From assembly GCA_963845535.1 (NCBI GenBank), contig CAWJSK010000002.1, forward strand, positions 1-64,000: DNA of 64,000 nucleotides, given 5' to 3'. The position numbers and the translations under genes were made by a program. The notes beneath the pieces were generated by a model. It made no database searches. It had not been told where the DNA came from and was given only the letters and a program-made list of their open reading frames with translations. Of the stretch, positions 20,308 through 29,955 are shown piece by piece (within the stretch, counting starts at the first letter, position 1; each line of letters opens with the position of its first letter). The DNA comes from an uncultured Spirochaetota bacterium (GTDB taxonomy: Bacteria; Spirochaetota; Spirochaetia; SZUA-6; Fen-1364).

Positions 20308-21066
20308 ATGCCACTGACACCCCTTGAGATCAAGGACCTTCTCAACGAGAACCGGGACCATGAGTGCGACGGGGTCGGGAAGGACCACGTCTGCGTGCGG
20401 ATCGAATCCATTGCCGATCTGCCGTCGCGCTTCGGGCAGTTCCAGGTTGTTGCTTTCTGGAACAACCGGGACGGGAAAGAGCACGCGGCGTTCGTGCACG
20501 GGGACATCACCGGCCAGGAGGACGTGCCCGTGCGTATGCATTCCGAATGTCTCACCGGCGACGCCATCGGGTCCCTGCGCTGCGACTGCCGGGACCAGCT
20601 TGAAGCCTCCCTCCGCGCCCTGGGCTCCATGGAAAAAGGCATGCTGCTGTACCTCCGCCAGGAGGGCCGCGGGATCGGCTTGATCAACAAGATCAGGGCT
20701 TACGGCCTCCAGGACCACGGATATGACACGGTGGAGGCGAACATCGCACTCGGCTTCCGCGATGACGAGCGGGATTACAGCGTTGCGGCGCACATGATCA
20801 TGAGCCTGCACGTGAAGTCCGTGAGGCTCATGACGAACAACCCGCGGAAGATCGACGGCCTCACGTCCCTGGGCGTTCCCGTGTCGGGGCGCATCCCGCT
20901 CATCATCCCGCCCAACGACCACAATCGATTCTACCTGCAGACGAAGGCGCGAAAATCCGGCCACCTCCTGGACGCCGGCGGCAAGGAGCGCCTGCGGGAG
21001 CAGATGGACCGGCCCGTCGTGGACGGCATGAGCCCGGACCAGGCCGCGATTGTCCAGGAGGAGTGA
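20308..21066 (+). CDS. ribA: GTP cyclohydrolase II
   Basis: RMHSECLTGD..SLRCDC, RQEGRGIGL, TNNPRK. Confidence 0.95.
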   Translation: MPLTPLEIKDLLNENRDHECDGVGKDHVCVRIESIADLPSRFGQFQVVAFWNNRDGKEHAAFVHGDITGQEDVPVRMHSECLTGDAIGSLRCDCRDQLEASLRALGSMEKGMLLYLRQEGRGIGLINKIRAYGLQDHGYDTVEANIALGFRDDERDYSVAAHMIMSLHVKSVRLMTNNPRKIDGLTSLGVPVSGRIPLIIPPNDHNRFYLQTKARKSGHLLDAGGKERLREQMDRPVVDGMSPDQAAIVQEE

Positions 21067-21151
21067 GCGCAGAGGCGGAGTCCGGTGGCTGAATCCCGCC
21101 GGCGGGAGCCGCGCTATCCGCACCGCCTCGGCGGTCAGTATCATAGTCTCG

Positions 21152-21952
21152 ATGGCGAAGGAGCCTCGGAAGTTCACGACGGAGGAGCTCGCGCGGTGTA
21201 ACGGTGAGAACGGCTCGCCCGCCTACATCGCGTTCGAAGGACGGGTGTTCGACGTCACGGCAAGCAGGTTCTGGCGCGGGGGCACGCACATGAAACGCCA
21301 TCCCGCGGGAAAGGACCTGACGGCGGAGATGTCCGCCGCGCCGCACGACCTGTCCGTCCTCGACCGCTATCCCCAGGTCGGCGTCCTCGTGTCCGCCGCA
21401 GCGCCAGTGACGGACGGGATGGCCATGGGGAGAGCGTCGGCCGCAGACGCGGAGGAGCCCGGGCTGAAGCGGGCGCTCGAGCGCTTCCTGGAGAGGTACC
21501 CGTTTTTCCGGAGACATCCCCACCCGATGACGGTGCACTTCCCCATCGTATTTTTCATTTTCGCTCCTGTTTTCACCGCCCTGTACCTCGCAACGGGGTC
21601 CGCGAGCTTCGAGACGACGGCGCTGGACTGCCTGGCCGCGGGGCTGCTTTTTTGCGTGGTCGTCATCCCGACGGGCTTTTTCACCTGGTGGGTGAACTAT
21701 GATGCCCGGCCCATGCGGCCGGTGACGATCAAGATCGTCCTGTCCCTCTGCATGTTTGGAGACGGCCTTGCCGTTTTCCTCTGGCGCCTGGAGGATCCCG
21801 GGATCATCAAGGGCGGGGCCACGGCGCCAGGCGTCCTGTATTTCGCCCTGTATTTTCTGCTGCTGCCCATGGTAGTCGTCGTTGCGTGGTTCGGAGCCAC
21901 GCTCACGTTCCCGCTTGCCAGACGGCGAAGGCACCGAGCGACCCATTCATGA
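21152..21952 (+). CDS. Cytochrome b5-like heme-binding domain fused to a DUF2231-like membrane domain
   Basis: FT.EELA..NG, GRVFDVT..W.GG.H..H.AGKDLT..APH; HPHPMTVHFPI. Confidence 0.85.
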   Translation: MAKEPRKFTTEELARCNGENGSPAYIAFEGRVFDVTASRFWRGGTHMKRHPAGKDLTAEMSAAPHDLSVLDRYPQVGVLVSAAAPVTDGMAMGRASAADAEEPGLKRALERFLERYPFFRRHPHPMTVHFPIVFFIFAPVFTALYLATGSASFETTALDCLAAGLLFCVVVIPTGFFTWWVNYDARPMRPVTIKIVLSLCMFGDGLAVFLWRLEDPGIIKGGATAPGVLYFALYFLLLPMVVVVAWFGATLTFPLARRRRHRATHS

Positions 21953-23322
21953 ACATTTTCTCCAGCACGCTCGTTCTTTCCCGAATGCAGTTCGGCATGA
22001 CCACGCTGTACCACATGATCTGGCCAACGCTCTCGGTGGGGCTGAGCCTTACACTCGTCATCCTGGAAGCGCTCTGGCTGCGCACGGGGAATCCGGACTG
22101 GTACCGGCATCTGCGTTTCTGGAGCAAGCTCCTTCTCCTGAACTTCTCCGTCGGGGTTGCCACCGGCCTCGTCATGGAGTTCCAGTTCGGCACGAACTGG
22201 GAGCCGTTCACCGTGGCCACCGGCGGCTTCTTCGGAAACATCCTCGGCCTGGAAGGCACGCTGGCGTTCATGCTGGAGGCGGGGTTCCTGGGGATCATGA
22301 TGTTCGGGTGGCGCAAGGTGCCACGCGGCCTGCACATGGCCTCCACCGTGCTCGTTGCCTTCGGCGCGTCCCTGTCCGCGTTCTGGATCCTGGTTGCCAA
22401 CTCCTGGATGCAGACTCCGGCGGGCGGTCATTTCGAGAACGGGCGTTTCGTCGTGGACAATTTTCTCGGTGCGCTTTTCAACTCCGACATGGTCACCTCC
22501 ACGACGCACATGTGGGCCGCGTGCATAGAGACCACGGCGTTCGTCGTGGGAGGGATCAGCTCCTGGTACCTGCTGCGGCGGCGCCACGGGGATTTCTTCC
22601 TCAAGACGTTGAAGGTCGCGGCGGTCCTTGCCCTCGTGATGACGCCGCTTCAGATCTACCTGGGAGACGCGCAGGGGCTTCACATCGGCAGGACGCAGCC
22701 GGAGAAGCTCGCGGCAATGGAGTCCCACTGGAAGACCAATCCACCGGGGACCGGGGCCGCGTTCAACATCCTTGCCTGGCCTGACCGGGGCGCAGAGCGC
22801 AACGCGTTCGAGATCCAGGTCCCCTATCTCCTCAGCCTGCTCGAAACTCGCTCGCCTACCGGACAGGTCAAAGGGCTCTCCGACTTTCCTCCTGACCAGA
22901 GGCCGCCTGTCGTCGTTCCTTTCTATTCATTTCGGATCATGGTGCTCATCGGCTTTCTCCTTTTTGGCCTCATGATCTGGACCGTCGTCGTCTGGTTGCG
23001 CGGAGGCTTCGCGCTGGAGCGCATCCAGCGAAATCGCGCGCTCCTGGTGGCCTGGCTTTCCTCACTGCCCCTGGGGTACATCGCCGTGGAGACGGGATGG
23101 CTGGCGCGGGAGGAGGGGAGGCAGCCGTGGCTCATCTACCACGTGTTGCGGACCGCTGACGCGGTCAGCTCCCTTCCGCCGTGGGTGGTCGGCGTCTCCC
23201 TGCTTGCCCTTTTCGTCATTTACGTCCTTCTCACCGTGTTCTTCCTGATCTACGCGGCGCGCATGCTGAGGAAGGGGCCGGATTTTTCCCTTGTTCCCCC
23301 GGGCCTGAAGGAGGGAAGCTGA
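21949..23322 (+). CDS. cydA: Cytochrome bd ubiquinol oxidase subunit I (short Q-loop)
   Basis: GVATGLVMEFQFGTNW, ANSWMQTP, QPEKLAAME, GRQPW. Confidence 0.95.
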   Translation: MNIFSSTLVLSRMQFGMTTLYHMIWPTLSVGLSLTLVILEALWLRTGNPDWYRHLRFWSKLLLLNFSVGVATGLVMEFQFGTNWEPFTVATGGFFGNILGLEGTLAFMLEAGFLGIMMFGWRKVPRGLHMASTVLVAFGASLSAFWILVANSWMQTPAGGHFENGRFVVDNFLGALFNSDMVTSTTHMWAACIETTAFVVGGISSWYLLRRRHGDFFLKTLKVAAVLALVMTPLQIYLGDAQGLHIGRTQPEKLAAMESHWKTNPPGTGAAFNILAWPDRGAERNAFEIQVPYLLSLLETRSPTGQVKGLSDFPPDQRPPVVVPFYSFRIMVLIGFLLFGLMIWTVVVWLRGGFALERIQRNRALLVAWLSSLPLGYIAVETGWLAREEGRQPWLIYHVLRTADAVSSLPPWVVGVSLLALFVIYVLLTVFFLIYAARMLRKGPDFSLVPPGLKEGS

Positions 23323-23323
23323 G

Positions 23324-24337
23324 ATGGCGCAGACGGGCTCGTACCTTCCCGCGATCTGGTTTGCGATCCTCGGTTTCATCCTCCTCCTTTATACGATGCT
23401 GGATGGCTTCGACCTCGGGGTCGGGATTGTTTCCCTTCTCGTGAAGGACGAGCAGATCCGGGGAACCCTGATGGCCAGCCTGGGAAGCATCTGGGACGCG
23501 AACGAGACATGGCTCGTCCTTTTCGGCGGCATCATCTTCGGAGCATTCCCCGCGGTGTACGGTCTCGTGATGACCGCCTTGTACATCCCGCTTGTTGCGA
23601 TGCTCGTGGGGCTCATCTTTCGCGCCGTGTCCTTCGAGTTCCGCGAGCACGCCCGGAAAAAAAGGCCGTGGGGCCTTGCATTCGGCTGGGGAAGCCTCCT
23701 CACCGCGGTCAGCCAGGGCCTGGCGTTCGGCGGGCTGCTCTGGGGTGTCGACGTCCGGGGCGGCAAATACGCCGGAGGCGTCTTCGACTGGCTCTCACCG
23801 TTTTCGGTGATCACGGCGGCGGCCGTGGTGGGCGGCTACGTGATGTTCGGATCGACGTACATCATCATGAAGACCCAGGACCCGGTTGCGCGATTCGCCC
23901 GGCGCACGGCCGGTTGGGGAGCCGGCCTTGCGGCGGCCGGGGCCCTTGCGGATACCATCCTTGCGGTCGGGAAATACCCCTTTCTCTCCGAGAGGTGGGG
24001 TGCCGTGCCGGGATCCTTCCTTACTCTCATTCCCTTCGCGCTCGGGCTGACCGCGTTCGGAATGATGCTGCTTGCGATATCCAAAGGCCGGGAGACTCTC
24101 CCTTTCATCTGCGCGCTTCTGTTCGCCTTCTTCGGATACGTCGCCTTGTCCGCGAACTACTTTCCGATCATCGTGCCTCCGAATCTCACCGTCTACGAGA
24201 CTGCCGCCCAACCGCTGACGCTGCGCGCAATGCTGATTGCCGTGGGGGCGGCCCTGCCAATCCTGCTTGCATACAACATCCTCCAGTACTGGATTTTCCG
24301 GGGCAAGACCACGCAGTCTCACTACGGAGGGGAATGA
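23324..24337 (+). CDS. cydB: Cytochrome bd ubiquinol oxidase subunit II
   Basis: LDGFDLGVG, WDANETWLV, FRAVSFEFR, FRGK. Confidence 0.95.
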   Translation: MAQTGSYLPAIWFAILGFILLLYTMLDGFDLGVGIVSLLVKDEQIRGTLMASLGSIWDANETWLVLFGGIIFGAFPAVYGLVMTALYIPLVAMLVGLIFRAVSFEFREHARKKRPWGLAFGWGSLLTAVSQGLAFGGLLWGVDVRGGKYAGGVFDWLSPFSVITAAAVVGGYVMFGSTYIIMKTQDPVARFARRTAGWGAGLAAAGALADTILAVGKYPFLSERWGAVPGSFLTLIPFALGLTAFGMMLLAISKGRETLPFICALLFAFFGYVALSANYFPIIVPPNLTVYETAAQPLTLRAMLIAVGAALPILLAYNILQYWIFRGKTTQSHYGGE

Positions 24338-24366
24338 AAAGTGGGCGCCTGGAGGAAGGTCAGCTC

Positions 24367-25068
24367 ATGGGGCTGAAAGTCCACTGGTTTCAGCATGCGC
24401 CTTTCGAGGGCCTGGGGAGCATTGCGGAATGGCTGGCTCGAAAAGCCGCACAGGTCAGCTCGACGCGTTTCTTCGAGCGCGCCGTCTTTCCAAGCCTTGA
24501 CGATCTGGATCTCCTCATCGTCATGGGCGGCCCCATGAGCGTGAATGAGGAGAACGCCCACCCCTGGCTGAAGGAGGAAAAGGAGCTCATCGCGGAGGCC
24601 ATCGGACGCGGCAGCGCCGTGCTGGGCATATGTCTCGGGGCGCAGCTCATTGCCGCCGCGCTTGGCGCCCGCGTACGCCGTAATGATTTCACGGAGATCG
24701 GTTGGTTCCCCGTTGAGGCTACCGGCGGGACCGCGGCGGGGGGCCTGGACGGCATCCTCCCGCGTCGGCTTGAGGCCTTCCACTGGCATGGGGAAACTTT
24801 CGACCTGCCGCAGGGGGCCCGTCACCTGGCCCGAAGCGAAGCGTGCTCAAACCAGGCATTCGCCTTCGCAGACCGGGTGCTGGGCCTGCAGTTTCACCTC
24901 GAGACCACGCGCGCCTCAGCGCTCGCATTGGTGGAGAGCTGCCGGGCGGACCTTGCCCCCGGCCCGTTCGTGCAGGCGGAAGACCTGGTCCTCGGGACCC
25001 CTGACCAATTCCGGCGCATCAAAGCCGCCATGGGATCGGTCCTGGACCGGTTGACCGACACTCGATAG
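24367..25068 (+). CDS. Class I glutamine amidotransferase
   Basis: QH.PFEGLG, MGGPMSV, GICLGAQ, WHGETF, QFHLE. Confidence 0.92.
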   Translation: MGLKVHWFQHAPFEGLGSIAEWLARKAAQVSSTRFFERAVFPSLDDLDLLIVMGGPMSVNEENAHPWLKEEKELIAEAIGRGSAVLGICLGAQLIAAALGARVRRNDFTEIGWFPVEATGGTAAGGLDGILPRRLEAFHWHGETFDLPQGARHLARSEACSNQAFAFADRVLGLQFHLETTRASALALVESCRADLAPGPFVQAEDLVLGTPDQFRRIKAAMGSVLDRLTDTR

Positions 25069-25101
25069 TTATGGGCTCCGCCAAACGCTATACTGGGTGA
25101 G

Positions 25102-26751
25102 ATGCTCAAATCCCGCTATCGCCGGATCCTGAGGTTCTTCACCGCCGTCATGTTCAGCGTCGTGTGGTGGGAGGTGCTCCTTCCCCGCATTGGCTTTCGC
25201 GGGCTTTCCGCGCGCACGCGGCCCCGGCGGCTGCGGGCAATCGCCGTCTCCTTCCGCGCGCTTGCCGCGCGCCACGGCGGCGTCCTCATCAAGGTGGGCC
25301 AGTTCCTTTCCGCGCGCCTTGACGTGATGCCGCGGGAGGTCACCGCGGAGCTCGCCGACCTGCAGGACGAGGTGGGCGCGGAGCGCTTCGAGGACATCAA
25401 GCGCGTGATCGAAGAGGAGTACGGCGAGCCCCTGGAACGGCGGTTCGTCGAGCTCGACCCCGTCCCCGTGGCCTCGGCATCCATCGGCCAGGTCCACAGG
25501 GCCCGTGTCTGCACCACGACCCCGGACGGCCAGCCGTGCCCCCCGGTGGTCGTCAAGGTCCAACGGCCGCGCATCCAGCAGATCGTGGAAGCCGACCTGG
25601 CCGCCATCCGGGTTGCCGGAGGCTGGCTGCAGCGCATGGAGTCCGTGCGCCGGCATGTCCACCTTCCGGCGCTCATCGACGAGTTCAGCCGCACGCTGTA
25701 CGAGGAAATCGACTACGTCCAGGAGGGGAAGAACGCGGAGAGGTTCGCCGCGAACTTCAAGGGCAGGGGAGAGGTGCGGGTGCCCAGCGTGGTCTGGAGC
25801 CACACGACCCGGCGCGTCCTGACGCTCCAGGACGTCGGGGCCATCAAGATAACGGATTACGCGGCAATCGAGGCCGCGGGGATAGACCGCGGTAAGGTTG
25901 CGGACAGGCTTCTGGACATTTACTTGAAGCAGGTCTTCGAGGACGGGTTCTTCCACGCGGACCCGCACCCCGGCAACCTCTTTGTGCTCCGTGATCCTCG
26001 CTCTCCCGGCGGCTGGCGTCTTGTGTTCGTGGACTTCGGCATGACGGGGACGCTTCCCCCCGACACCTTCGAAGGGCTCCGCGAAGTGCTCGTTTCCATC
26101 GGGACGCGAGATGCGGCCCGCCTGGTCAGCGCGTTCCGCAAGCTGCGCATCCTGCTCCCCGGGGCGGACCTGGACCTGGTGGAGCGCGCCTGTGAAAGGG
26201 TCTTCGACACCGTCTGGGGCAAATCAACGCGGGACATGATGCAGATGACCATGGCGGAGGCATCGACGTTCGCGGACGAGTTCGGAGACCTTCTCTACCA
26301 GATGCCGTTCCAGGTTCCGGAGAACCTCATCATGCTGGGCCGGTGCGTGGCCATCCTTTCCGGCATCGCCTCGGGGCTCGACCCGGACTTCAACGTGTGG
26401 AATGGCCTTGCCCCGTATGCGCGCAAGCTTGTGGAAGCCGACGGCACGGGCAGGATCAACAGCATCCTCCGGGAAGTTGCGGGAATTGTCCGCGTGCTGG
26501 CAGGTCTTCCCCGACGAACGGAGTCCTTCATTTCGCGAGCGGAGCAGGGCAGGCTGGAAGTCCGCATGCCCGAGCTGAAGCACCACGTGGCCCGGCTGGA
26601 GCGCGGCGTGCGCAAGCTCGCCGGTTCCATCATCTTTGCCGCGGGCCTGGTGGCGGGCACGGAGCTGTACTTGGGCGGGAGGACCGACGCAGGCCTGGTT
26701 GTCGGCGCGGTGGAGATAGTCCTCCTGGGTTGGATACTCCTGGGGCGCTGA
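25102..26751 (+). CDS. ABC1/AarF/UbiB atypical kinase
   Basis: IKVGQFLS, ASASIGQVH, VVKVQRP, FFHADPHPGN, DFGM. Confidence 0.95.
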   Translation: MLKSRYRRILRFFTAVMFSVVWWEVLLPRIGFRGLSARTRPRRLRAIAVSFRALAARHGGVLIKVGQFLSARLDVMPREVTAELADLQDEVGAERFEDIKRVIEEEYGEPLERRFVELDPVPVASASIGQVHRARVCTTTPDGQPCPPVVVKVQRPRIQQIVEADLAAIRVAGGWLQRMESVRRHVHLPALIDEFSRTLYEEIDYVQEGKNAERFAANFKGRGEVRVPSVVWSHTTRRVLTLQDVGAIKITDYAAIEAAGIDRGKVADRLLDIYLKQVFEDGFFHADPHPGNLFVLRDPRSPGGWRLVFVDFGMTGTLPPDTFEGLREVLVSIGTRDAARLVSAFRKLRILLPGADLDLVERACERVFDTVWGKSTRDMMQMTMAEASTFADEFGDLLYQMPFQVPENLIMLGRCVAILSGIASGLDPDFNVWNGLAPYARKLVEADGTGRINSILREVAGIVRVLAGLPRRTESFISRAEQGRLEVRMPELKHHVARLERGVRKLAGSIIFAAGLVAGTELYLGGRTDAGLVVGAVEIVLLGWILLGR

Positions 26752-26756
26752 GCTCC

Positions 26757-26951
26757 CTACTTTCCCCCGGCGCGCTCGATGGCGGCATCCAGGAGGCTTC
26801 TCAGGGCCAGCAGGAGCTCCCGTCTGGCCGCGCGGCGGTGCTCGACGAATCCCGGCGGCAGAAGATCCTCGAAAGTGTTTCGCACGGAGGCCCGTGCCGC
26901 CTTCATATGCTCGCGGGCTTCGTGAAACTTCTCAGCAGGTTTCTCAGCCAT
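26757..26951 (-). CDS. Small helical hypothetical protein
   Basis: AGGAGG RBS; amphipathic ELLLALRSLLDAAI. Confidence 0.7.
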   Translation of the reverse strand: MAEKPAEKFHEAREHMKAARASVRNTFEDLLPPGFVEHRRAARRELLLALRSLLDAAIERAGGK

Positions 26952-27064
26952 ACGCACACCTCCTTGAAGGGGTCATGATAAAGGGTAGAGCGCCATGGGC
27001 GCCCGGGTCAAGGAGCAGCCGCTTTGATGCAGCGGCTTTGACCGCATTCGCGACCCGGCTGCAT

Positions 27065-27085
27065 GACATAACAAAATGTTATGTC
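27065..27085. promoter_or_regulatory. Operator-like palindrome GACATAACA-AAA-TGTTATGTC upstream of the efflux operon
   Basis: Perfect 9 bp arms. Confidence 0.65.
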
Positions 27086-27140
27086 TCGTTCACCGCGGGT
27101 CTATTGCGCCTCCTGTCGGCCAATCGGTATTATTCTTGCA

Positions 27141-28563
27141 ATGAAACGGATGGTCATAGTATTGCTGGCAGTGATGGCATCAGAAACAGCCCTTTTCGCG
27201 CAGGAATCGCTTCCGGTGATCACGCTCCAGCAGACACTGGATGCTGCCCTGGCCAACGGCGACAACTGGAAGATCCTCCAGGGAAACCTCGCCGTGACGC
27301 GCGCCGGGCACGCAGAAAACGTGTCGAAGAACTCCCTGGGGCTCTCGGCGTCGGCTTCCGCGGGCTACAACGCGGCCCTGTATGACAACGGCGCGCTCCT
27401 CTCGAACAAGTCGACCAGCTTGAGCGCTACAAGCACGACGCAAGGCGGGGCGGTGGGCCTTGACCTTGCCAGCCCGCTCACGAGCGTCAGCCTCAGCGCA
27501 AACCCCTTCAGCCCTCCGTACGGCAATACCCCGAACATCTCCGGCTCGGGAGACCTCACCACAGGACTGGACCTGAGCGTCAGCCAGATCCTGTGGAACG
27601 GGTACCCGCGGAGGCCCCACGCAGGCAACGGTTGACAAGAGCTTCCTGAACCTCCAGGGGCAGGAGATTTCCACCGAATCCGGAAGGCTGAACCTCATCT
27701 ACCAGGTGAAGCAGGCCTATTATGCCATGTTCACGGCGGTGCAGGACCTGGACACCAAGCGGCAGGTCCTCGCCCGGCAGAACGCCCTGCTGGACCAGAT
27801 CACGGCCATTTACAACCTCAAGCAGGCCAGCGCGGTAGACCTGAAGACCGCTCAGATCAACGCTCACAGCGCGGACATCGACGTGCGGACATCGGAGCAC
27901 ACGCTTCGGCTCGCCCGCATCCGGCTGTCCATCCTCATGGGCCTGCCCACCGACAGGCAGTACTCCGTGGCGCAGCCAGCGCTGGAACAGGTGCCTGCCG
28001 GAACGCTGGAGGAAGCGGTCTCCGTGGCTCTCAGCCGAAGGGTCGACCTCAAGCTCATCGAGCTGAACCGCAGGTCCAACGCCGTTGACCTTGCCCTCGC
28101 GCGCGGTCTTGCCACACCCACGGTGAGCGTGGTCGGCGGGGTGGACATGATCATCGACAATACCACCAATACGTACGCCGGGCTCGCGAACGCCGGCGTG
28201 AAGGTTGCCATGCCCGTTCTCGATGCCGGGGCAGCGCAGAACCTCGTTGACCAGAGCACGCAGCTTGACCAGGTCTACCAGGTGCAGATGACGCAGCTTC
28301 AAAAGTCCATCGCCGCGGACGTGCAGGACGCCTGGGAGAGCATGCAGCTTGCCAAGGAGAAGGTGGAGCTTGCGCAGGAGACCGCGCAGAATGACGACCT
28401 GCTGGTCGACGTATACAAGATTCAGAGGGAGCAGGGCACGGCCTCGACGCAGGACCTCCTGACTGCTTCCGTCAACGCCGCCACGGCCCACGCGCAGGCG
28501 GTGCAGGCGGAAGCCGCCGCGGAGCTGGCGGTGCTGCAGCTCCTCAACGTCATGGGGTACTGA
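27141..28563 (+). CDS. TolC family outer-membrane efflux protein (frameshift near 27610)
   Basis: Signal peptide, ITLQQTLDAALAN, VKQAYY and Y..GTAS..DLL repeats across two frames. Confidence 0.85.
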
Positions 28564-28577
28564 AACGTAGACCAAGG

Positions 28578-29955
28578 ATGAAGACAATGATCAGCAGAAC
28601 AAAAACATTTCTGACAATGGCGGCCCTCGCTTTCCGCGCTTGCCTTCTGCGCCGCATGCTCGCCCCAGGGGGGAAAGCCTGCCCGGCGCGTCGCAAGCGG
28701 CCCAGAACGGGACGACAGGACAGCGCGGATTCGGCGCCGTCCCCGTCCTGGCGGTCACGACGAAGATGGGCCCCCTGATGGCAGGGAACGACACGGCCGC
28801 AACCGTAGCCCCGGTGACGCAGAGCACCGTGGCCTCCCAGGTGGCCGGCGTGGTCCAACACGTCGTGCACCTCGCCGGGGACTGGGTGAAGGAAGGGGAG
28901 CCGGTTGTCGTCCTCGACACGTCGCAGTTGAAGCTCGCCGTGGCCAACGCGCAGGCGGCCTTGGACAACGCCAAGATCAACTACCAGATAGCGCAGGACA
29001 ACGCGAGCAAGGACAATCCGAAGCTCATACTCCAGCTCCAATCCGCGCAGTCCGCAGTGGACAGCGCGCAGAAAAACTACGACGCTCAGAAGGCCCTTTT
29101 GGCCATCGGCGGCGCCACCGGCTTCCGCCGTGGACAACGCGCTGAGCCAGCTTCAGCAGGCTCAGGCAAATCTCCAGGCCGCCCAGACGGCGCTGGACCA
29201 GAACAAGAAGTCGGACGTGTGGACGCTCCAGCAGTCGCGCCTGGCAATCGACCAGGCCCAGGTCCAGCTCCAGACAGCGCAGCTGAACTTCTACTACGCT
29301 TCCATCACGGCCCCATTCACCGGCCAGATCGCAGCGGTGAACGTGAACCCCGGGATGTACGTAAGCACGAACACGCCCGTGTACATCATCGTGAGCGCGG
29401 ACAAGGAGATCAATTTCAACGTTCCCCCCGCTGACGCCCCCAACCTTCCCGTGGGCACGGCGGTCCAGTTCACGTACCAGGGGCGCACGGCAAACGTGAG
29501 GATCAGCCAAGCCCCCTCGGCCCCGATCAACGGCGTGGTGCCAATGGTCGCCACGCTTCCGCGCTCCGTCCCGGCTCCCTACGGCGCCGTGGGAACCGTC
29601 ACGTACTCCCTCACCCTTGCCCGCGGGGCCATCGTGCCCATTGCCGCGCTGGAAACCAATGAGGATCAGAACTACGTATTCACGATCGAGGGCGGGAAAG
29701 CCGTCATGAGGTACGTGAAGATCGTGGGCCAGTCCGGCACCGTTGCCGCCGTCACCGGGCATTCCGGACGGAGCGCAGCTCATCATGAGCCCTCCCCCGG
29801 GACTGCTGGAGGGCTCATCCGTGCAGGTCACGAGCTCGGTCGGCGTCCAGGATGCCGCGGGCGGCAGCCAACCGCCGGCTTCACAACCACTTGCCGCGGG
29901 CCCGGGAAAGACAGCGGTTGATCCTCCGAGCGGAGCAAAGGCAGGAGCTCAATGA
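28578..29955 (+). CDS. RND periplasmic adaptor (MFP), several frameshifts
   Basis: VASQVAGVV..GDWVKEGEPVVVLD, coiled coil, ITAPFTGQI across ORFs 28640, 29130 and 29743. Confidence 0.85.

Noticed and set aside
23509..24366. Long N-terminal extension on the glutamine amidotransferase
   Set aside because: Out-of-frame overlap with cydB; an RBS supports the start at 24367.
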